From Acidimicrobiia bacterium (GTDB taxonomy: Bacteria > Actinomycetota > Acidimicrobiia > Spongiisociales > ZC4RG35), in NCBI GenBank assembly GCA_028285585.1, contig JANQOU010000002.1, positions 203,263 through 267,262 of the forward strand: a DNA stretch of 64,000 bases, in the 5' to 3' direction. Below, in pieces: positions 59,214-64,000 of this stretch. The notes below the pieces were generated by a model that saw only the letters and a program-made list of their open reading frames with translations, was not told the DNA's origin and ran no database searches. The position numbers were made by a program, and so were the translations under genes. Positions within the stretch are counted from its first letter, which is position 1. Each line of letters starts with the position of its first letter.

Positions 59214-60325
59214 CCGACATCGTCGTGATCGGCGGAGGCATCGCCGGTGTTGCCGCGGCAGCTCATCTGGCACCACACGGCTCGGTGACGCTCTTGGAGG
59301 CGGAGCCGGCGCTTGCTTATCACACCACCGGAAGATCGGCAGCACTCTTCGTGCTCAACTACGGGGAACAGGGTTTTCGTCCCCTCACGAAGGCGAGCGA
59401 GAGCTTTCTTCTCAACCCTCCGGAAGACGCGACCGGAGCTCCCCTGCTCAGCGAGAGAGGGCTGCTTTGGCTGGGCAGACCCGACCAGATGGGGAATCTG
59501 GAGAAGCTCGCTTTGGAAGGCTCCGAGTCGGGGGCCAACTCCCGGATCGTGGACCTCGACGAGGTGCTCCAGATGATCCCGGTGGTGCGTCCCGACGTGG
59601 TTGCCGGCGGCTTGCTGGAGCCGTCAGCTCAGGACATAGACGTAGCCGGGCTGCATCAGGTGTTCGTGAAGATGACCACGGCGGCCGGAGGCAAGCTCCT
59701 CACCAACCAGCAGGTGACCGGGTTGAAGCGATCCGACTCGGGATGGCAGGTGAGGACTGTCGAGCAAGAGCTCCATTGCGACGTCATCGTGAATGCCGCA
59801 GGTGCCTGGGGAGACGTCGTTGCCGGGCTCGCCGGGATCCCACCAGTGGGCCTGACACCGAAGCGGCGAACGGCGTTCATGGTCCCCGGCTCCGAAGACT
59901 TCGTCCGCTGGCCGATGGCGGTCGACGCCGACCAGAAGTTCTACTTCAAGGCAGACGGAGTCCAACTCCTCTGTTCCCTGGCCGAGCAACGCCCATCCCC
60001 TCCCGAGGACTCCCGCCCACAGATGGAGGACGTTGCCCTCGCCATCGAGAGGATCAACGAGGCGACGACCTTGGGAATCAGGACGGTCAACTCACAGTGG
60101 ACCGGCTTACGGACTTTTGCCCCTGACGGCAATCTGGTCGCCGGTGAGGAGCCTGAGGCCCCAGGGTTCTTCTGGCTGGTCGGCCAGGGCGGCACCGGAA
60201 TTCAGGCGGCGCCGGGCTACGGGGCGCTTCTGGCAAGTCTCGTACTGGGCGGGGACCTTCCCGACGAGTTGGCCGGCGCGGGCGTGGATCCTGCCGTCAC
60301 CGATCCTTCCCGTTTCAGGTCCTAG
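59210..60325 (+). CDS. FAD-dependent oxidoreductase (DAO family, glycine/D-amino-acid-oxidase-like)
   Basis: A GTG start overlaps the qor stop (GTGA). [18 protein letters not shown] dinucleotide motif. Confidence 0.75.
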   Translation: MTDIVVIGGGIAGVAAAAHLAPHGSVTLLEAEPALAYHTTGRSAALFVLNYGEQGFRPLTKASESFLLNPPEDATGAPLLSERGLLWLGRPDQMGNLEKLALEGSESGANSRIVDLDEVLQMIPVVRPDVVAGGLLEPSAQDIDVAGLHQVFVKMTTAAGGKLLTNQQVTGLKRSDSGWQVRTVEQELHCDVIVNAAGAWGDVVAGLAGIPPVGLTPKRRTAFMVPGSEDFVRWPMAVDADQKFYFKADGVQLLCSLAEQRPSPPEDSRPQMEDVALAIERINEATTLGIRTVNSQWTGLRTFAPDGNLVAGEEPEAPGFFWLVGQGGTGIQAAPGYGALLASLVLGGDLPDELAGAGVDPAVTDPSRFRS

Positions 60326-61989
60326 CCGGTTACGGCACCGTCCTTCGCCGAGCCGACGAGACGTGCGTATTTGGCCAGGGCACCAGACTCGTAGCGAGCC
60401 GGCTGTGGCGACCAGACCTCGCGTCTGGCGGCAAGCTCATCGTCGTCAACGAGCACATCGAGTGTTCTGGCCGGGATGTCGACCCGAACCGTGTCGCCGG
60501 TCTTCACCAGGCCGATGGCCCCGCCAACCTCCGACTCCGGCGCCACGTGGCCGATGCACATACCGGTGGTGCCTCCGGAAAAGCGGCCATCAGTGATCAG
60601 GAGCACATCCTTGCCCAGGCCGGCTCCCTTGATTGCCGCCGTGATCGCGAGCATCTCACGCATGCCTGGGCCGCCCTTGGGCCCTTCAGTGCGAATCAGC
60701 ACGACATCGCCTTTCTTGATCTTGTGGTCAAAGAGGGCTGCCAAAGCGTCCTGTTCCCCCTCGAAGACAACCGCCGGGCCCTCGAAGACCTCGAGGTCGA
60801 TGCCGGCCACCTTGACCACGGCTCCTTCCTCGGCGATGTTGCCGTGGAGAATGGCAATGCCCCCTTCTCGCGCCAGCGGCTGGTCGACGGGGAGGATGAC
60901 GTCCTGATCACCCGGGAACTCCACCGCATCGAGATTCTCCGCCATCGTCTTTCCGGTGATCGTGAGAACGTCGCCTTCTAACAGCCCTTCAGCAAGAAGA
61001 GCTTTCAAGACCACAGGCACGCCGCCGATGTGATCGACATCGACCATGTGATAGCGGCCGAACGGCTTCAGATCACCGATGTGCGGGGTGCGCCGTGAGA
61101 TCCGGTCGAAGTCGCCCAGATTGAGGTCAACACCTGCCTCATTGGCAATCGCCATCAGATGAAGCACGGCGTTGGTGGAGCCGCCAAGCGCCATCACCGT
61201 CGTGATGGCGTTCTCGAACGCCGGCCTGGTCATGACCTGCCGCGGCGTGATCCGGCTCTCCAGAAGACCCATCACAGCCTCACCCGACGCTTTCGCATAC
61301 TGGCGAAGACGCGGGTCCACAGCAGGGACCGCGGCGGAACCTGGCAGCGAAAGGCCAATGGCCTCGCCGACCGAAGCCATCGTGTTGGCAGTGAACATCC
61401 CAGCGCAACTCCCCGCCCCAGGACAGGCCGAGCGCTCGATCTCGGTCAGCTCATCGGTCGTGATGCGGCCGTCGGATTCGGCACCTATACCTTCGAACAC
61501 ATCCACGATCGAGATGTCCTTGCCGCGGTAGCGGCCGGGCAGGCTCGAGCCTCCGTAGAGGAAGATCGCCGGCAGGTCGAGACGCGCTGCCGCCATCATC
61601 ATCCCGGGGAGCGACTTGTCACAGCCGGCGATCGAGACCATGGCATCGAATCTCTCCGCATGCATGACCAGCTCGACCGAGTCGGCGATCACCTCCCGGG
61701 ATACCAAACTGGCTCTCATCCCTTCGTGACCCATCGAAATGCCGTCGCTCACGGCGATGGTGGAGAAAATCAACCCCACTCCCCCGGCATCGGCGACACC
61801 GTGCTTGGCGTGCTCCGACAACTCGGGCCCGGTGACGTTGCAGGGTGTCACCTCGTTGCCGGCTGAAACCACGCCGACCTGGGGTTTTGAGAAGTCCTCA
61901 TCTGTGAGCCCAACGGCTCGCAGCATGGCTCTGGCTCCGGCCTTAGCCGGTCCTTCAGTTACGTCCTGTGACCTGGTCTTCAACGACAT
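60322..61989 (-). CDS. ilvD: Dihydroxy-acid dehydratase
   Basis: [11 protein letters not shown] (the [2Fe-2S] Cys), [11 protein letters not shown], and the C-terminal GGPIAL-like region. The listed 805-aa ORF has a spurious N-extension antisense to ilvC. Confidence 0.95.
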   Translation of the reverse strand: MSLKTRSQDVTEGPAKAGARAMLRAVGLTDEDFSKPQVGVVSAGNEVTPCNVTGPELSEHAKHGVADAGGVGLIFSTIAVSDGISMGHEGMRASLVSREVIADSVELVMHAERFDAMVSIAGCDKSLPGMMMAAARLDLPAIFLYGGSSLPGRYRGKDISIVDVFEGIGAESDGRITTDELTEIERSACPGAGSCAGMFTANTMASVGEAIGLSLPGSAAVPAVDPRLRQYAKASGEAVMGLLESRITPRQVMTRPAFENAITTVMALGGSTNAVLHLMAIANEAGVDLNLGDFDRISRRTPHIGDLKPFGRYHMVDVDHIGGVPVVLKALLAEGLLEGDVLTITGKTMAENLDAVEFPGDQDVILPVDQPLAREGGIAILHGNIAEEGAVVKVAGIDLEVFEGPAVVFEGEQDALAALFDHKIKKGDVVLIRTEGPKGGPGMREMLAITAAIKGAGLGKDVLLITDGRFSGGTTGMCIGHVAPESEVGGAIGLVKTGDTVRVDIPARTLDVLVDDDELAARREVWSPQPARYESGALAKYARLVGSAKDGAVTG

Positions 61990-62049
61990 AGTCAGCGAAT
62001 GGTACGCCCAGGTTTGGACACTGGCGCAAAACCGACGCACAATTCCGGG

Positions 62050-63054
62050 ATGGCGACCATCTACTACGACAGCGATTGCGACCTTGACCTGATCAAAGGC
62101 AAGCGTGTTGCAGTCATCGGATACGGCAGTCAGGGTCACGCTCACTCCCTGAATCTCAAGGAGTCGGGCGTCGATGTCGTGGTAGGCCTCAGGGAAGGAT
62201 CGTCGAGCCGGGATGCCGCCGTGGCGGAGGGGTTGAAGGTCCTCTCGCCTTCGGAAGCGGCTGCCTGGGCAGACGTGGTGATGATGCTGGTGCCCGACCA
62301 GATCATGGGCACGATCTACCGCGAGTCCGTCGAGCCCAACCTCGAAGCCGGCGACACGCTGCTGTTCGCCCACGGCTTCAACATCCACTTCGGTGAGATC
62401 ACACCGCCTGGCGACGTGGACGTCGCCATGGTCGCCCCGAAAGGACCGGGCCACCTCGTGCGCCGCACCTACACCGAGGGCTCTGGCGTCCCCTGCCTCA
62501 TCGCCGTGCATCAGGATCCGTCTGGCGCGGCTCACAATGTCGGCCTTTCCTACGCATCCGCTATCGGTGGCGGGCGAGCCGGGATTCTCGAGACCACCTT
62601 CAAAGAGGAGACCGAGACCGACCTCTTCGGTGAGCAGGTCATCCTCTGCGGTGGTGTTTCCGAGCTGATCAAGGCCTCGTTCGAGACCCTCGTCGAAGCC
62701 GGCTACCAGCCAGAGTCCGCCTACTTCGAGACGCTCCACGAACTGAAGCTCATCGTGGACCTTCTCTACGAAGGAGGGCTGTCCTGGATGCGCTACTCGG
62801 TGTCCGACACCGCCGAGTACGGCGACTACACCAGAGGGAACCGGATCGTCACCGACGAAGCCCGGGAAGAGATGCGCAAGATCTTGGGCGAGATCCAGTC
62901 AGGGGCCTTTGCCAACGAGTGGATGGCGCAGGCGCGAGAAGGTGCCCCCTTCCTCTTGGAGCAGAGAGACGCCAACCGTTCCCATCAGGTGGAGCAGGTC
63001 GGTGCCGAGTTGCGCAAGCTGATGCCGTTCATGGAGCCGAAGACCGCTCCCTGA
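62050..63054 (+). CDS. ilvC: Ketol-acid reductoisomerase
   Basis: [21 protein letters not shown] is the class I KARI signature. Confidence 0.95.
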   Translation: MATIYYDSDCDLDLIKGKRVAVIGYGSQGHAHSLNLKESGVDVVVGLREGSSSRDAAVAEGLKVLSPSEAAAWADVVMMLVPDQIMGTIYRESVEPNLEAGDTLLFAHGFNIHFGEITPPGDVDVAMVAPKGPGHLVRRTYTEGSGVPCLIAVHQDPSGAAHNVGLSYASAIGGGRAGILETTFKEETETDLFGEQVILCGGVSELIKASFETLVEAGYQPESAYFETLHELKLIVDLLYEGGLSWMRYSVSDTAEYGDYTRGNRIVTDEAREEMRKILGEIQSGAFANEWMAQAREGAPFLLEQRDANRSHQVEQVGAELRKLMPFMEPKTAP

Positions 63055-63149
63055 CGCCAAACGCATCGATGCGTGCGCAAAAGGGAGTACGTGGTACTCG
63101 CCCCTGCACACGCAAGAGCCCTCAAGGACTGTGAAATCCTTGTCGAATC

Positions 63150-63178
63150 TTGACATGTGAATACACCCCGCACATACT
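63150..63178 (+). promoter_or_regulatory. Sigma-70-like promoter for the ilvB leader (TTGACA-17-CATACT)
   Basis: The -35 at 63150..63155 matches the consensus. The -10 at 63173..63178 is CATACT. Confidence 0.45.
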
Positions 63179-63191
63179 CCCACCTCAGCAA

Positions 63192-63239
63192 ATGAAGACC
63201 GACCTGACAGCCATCTCCGTACTCCTTCTTATCGAGTAG
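63192..63239 (+). CDS. ilvB leader peptide ([15 protein letters not shown]), rich in Ile/Val/Leu
   Basis: A 15-codon ORF with five consecutive branched-chain residues in LLLIE. It is followed by alternative hairpins and a terminator. Confidence 0.6.
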   Translation: MKTDLTAISVLLLIE

Positions 63240-63267
63240 CGCGCGCAGACTCCTGCGTGCGCTCAAA

Positions 63268-63289
63268 CCTCCCAACGGGAGGTTTTTTT
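63268..63289 (+). terminator. Attenuator / rho-independent terminator hairpin with U-tract
   Basis: CCTCCC-aac-GGGAGG followed by TTTTTTT, 10 nt upstream of the ilvB ATG. Confidence 0.7.
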
Positions 63290-63298
63290 CTTACCCAT

Positions 63299-64000
63299 AT
63301 GACACAGAAACCATTCACAGGCAGCAACTCACTACTCCGCTCTCTCGAGCACGAAGGCGTGGAGACAATGTTCGGCGTCCCCGGCGGGGCGATCCTCCCC
63401 GCCTACGACCCGTTACTCGACAGCCCGATCCGGCACGTCCTGGCCAGGCACGAGCAAGGCGCCGGCCATATGGCCGAGGGCTTCGCGATGGCCACCGGCC
63501 GGGTCGGCGTGGTCATGGCCACCTCCGGGCCGGGTGCCACCAACCTGATCACGCCCCTCCAAAACGCCAAGATGGACAGCACGCCACTGGTCGCCATCAC
63601 CGGTCAGGTGGGAACGACCGCGATCGGCAGCGATGCGTTCCAAGAGGCGTACACGACGGGGCTGGCCATGCACTGCACCAAGCACTCCTACCTGGTGACT
63701 GACGCCGACGACATCCCCAACGTGATCCATGAGGCCTTCCACCTGGCGGCCACCGGCCGTCCCGGGCCTGTCCTCGTCGACTTGCCCAAGGATGTCCTGA
63801 ACACACCCACCTCGTGGAGTGAGCCCACTCTGGCCGGGCTGCCCGGCTACAAGCCCACGGCTCAGGGACACCCCAAGCAGATAAAAGCTGCGATCGACCT
63901 GATCGAAGCCGCCGAGCGGCCTGTCCTCTACGTGGGCGGTGGTGTCATCAACGCCGGCGGCTCGGCCGAGCTGCTCGAGTTCGCAGAAGCCGTCAACGCT
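63299..64000 (+). CDS. ilvB: Acetolactate synthase large subunit, 3'-partial (runs off the window)
   Basis: The translation [37 protein letters not shown]...[11 protein letters not shown] shows TPP-enzyme N-terminal motifs. It is not in the ORF track because no stop falls inside the window. Confidence 0.9.
   Translation, partial: MTQKPFTGSNSLLRSLEHEGVETMFGVPGGAILPAYDPLLDSPIRHVLARHEQGAGHMAEGFAMATGRVGVVMATSGPGATNLITPLQNAKMDSTPLVAITGQVGTTAIGSDAFQEAYTTGLAMHCTKHSYLVTDADDIPNVIHEAFHLAATGRPGPVLVDLPKDVLNTPTSWSEPTLAGLPGYKPTAQGHPKQIKAAIDLIEAAERPVLYVGGGVINAGGSAELLEFAEAVNA

Noticed and set aside
60322-62739. 805-aa minus-strand ORF
   Set aside because: Only the last 555 aa (from the ATG at 61989) are IlvD. 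The upstream 250 aa are antisense to ilvC and have no motif. Long spurious antisense ORFs are expected at this GC content.

Overview
High-GC (roughly 62-66%) bacterial chromosome segment, most likely from an Actinomycetota genome; the clade call is a low-confidence inference. The evidence for it is the co-occurrence of a WhiB-family regulator beside a sigma-70 factor, an F420-type LLM oxidoreductase, LtrA, PspC-domain proteins, a truncated haemoglobin and form-II coxSLM. The window is gene-dense, with about 75 protein genes, and mostly holds housekeeping or core-accessory functions: the branched-chain amino-acid genes ilvD/ilvC/ilvB with a leader-peptide attenuator, aat, an RNase P RNA, an aquaporin, transporters and regulators. 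Features the plain ORF track does not explain are listed here. (1) A thioredoxin-fold lipoprotein whose catalytic first Cys is replaced by an in-frame UGA, followed by a SECIS-like hairpin. It is a probable selenoprotein, and a Cys-containing paralog lies 2 kb upstream. (2) A roughly 2.8 kb islet bounded by tRNA-Val(TAC) and a degenerate direct repeat of the tRNA 3' half. It carries a three-gene cassette: an unknown protein, a protein with an R-x6-H HEPN-like motif plus a C-terminal winged helix, and a 2-TM protein. It has no integrase and lower GC. (3) A hipBA toxin-antitoxin pair with an operator palindrome, next to a Kelch-repeat lipoprotein, on the far side of the islet's distal repeat from the tRNA. 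(4) A 61-bp, four-unit tandem array of double-hairpin repeats lying 3' of a tRNA-Met(CAT), with compensatory stem changes between units. (5) A translationally coupled zf-UBP / receiver-TrxR-like (no CxxC) / cNMP-binding histidine kinase operon. All calls come from reading the sequence. No database search was run.
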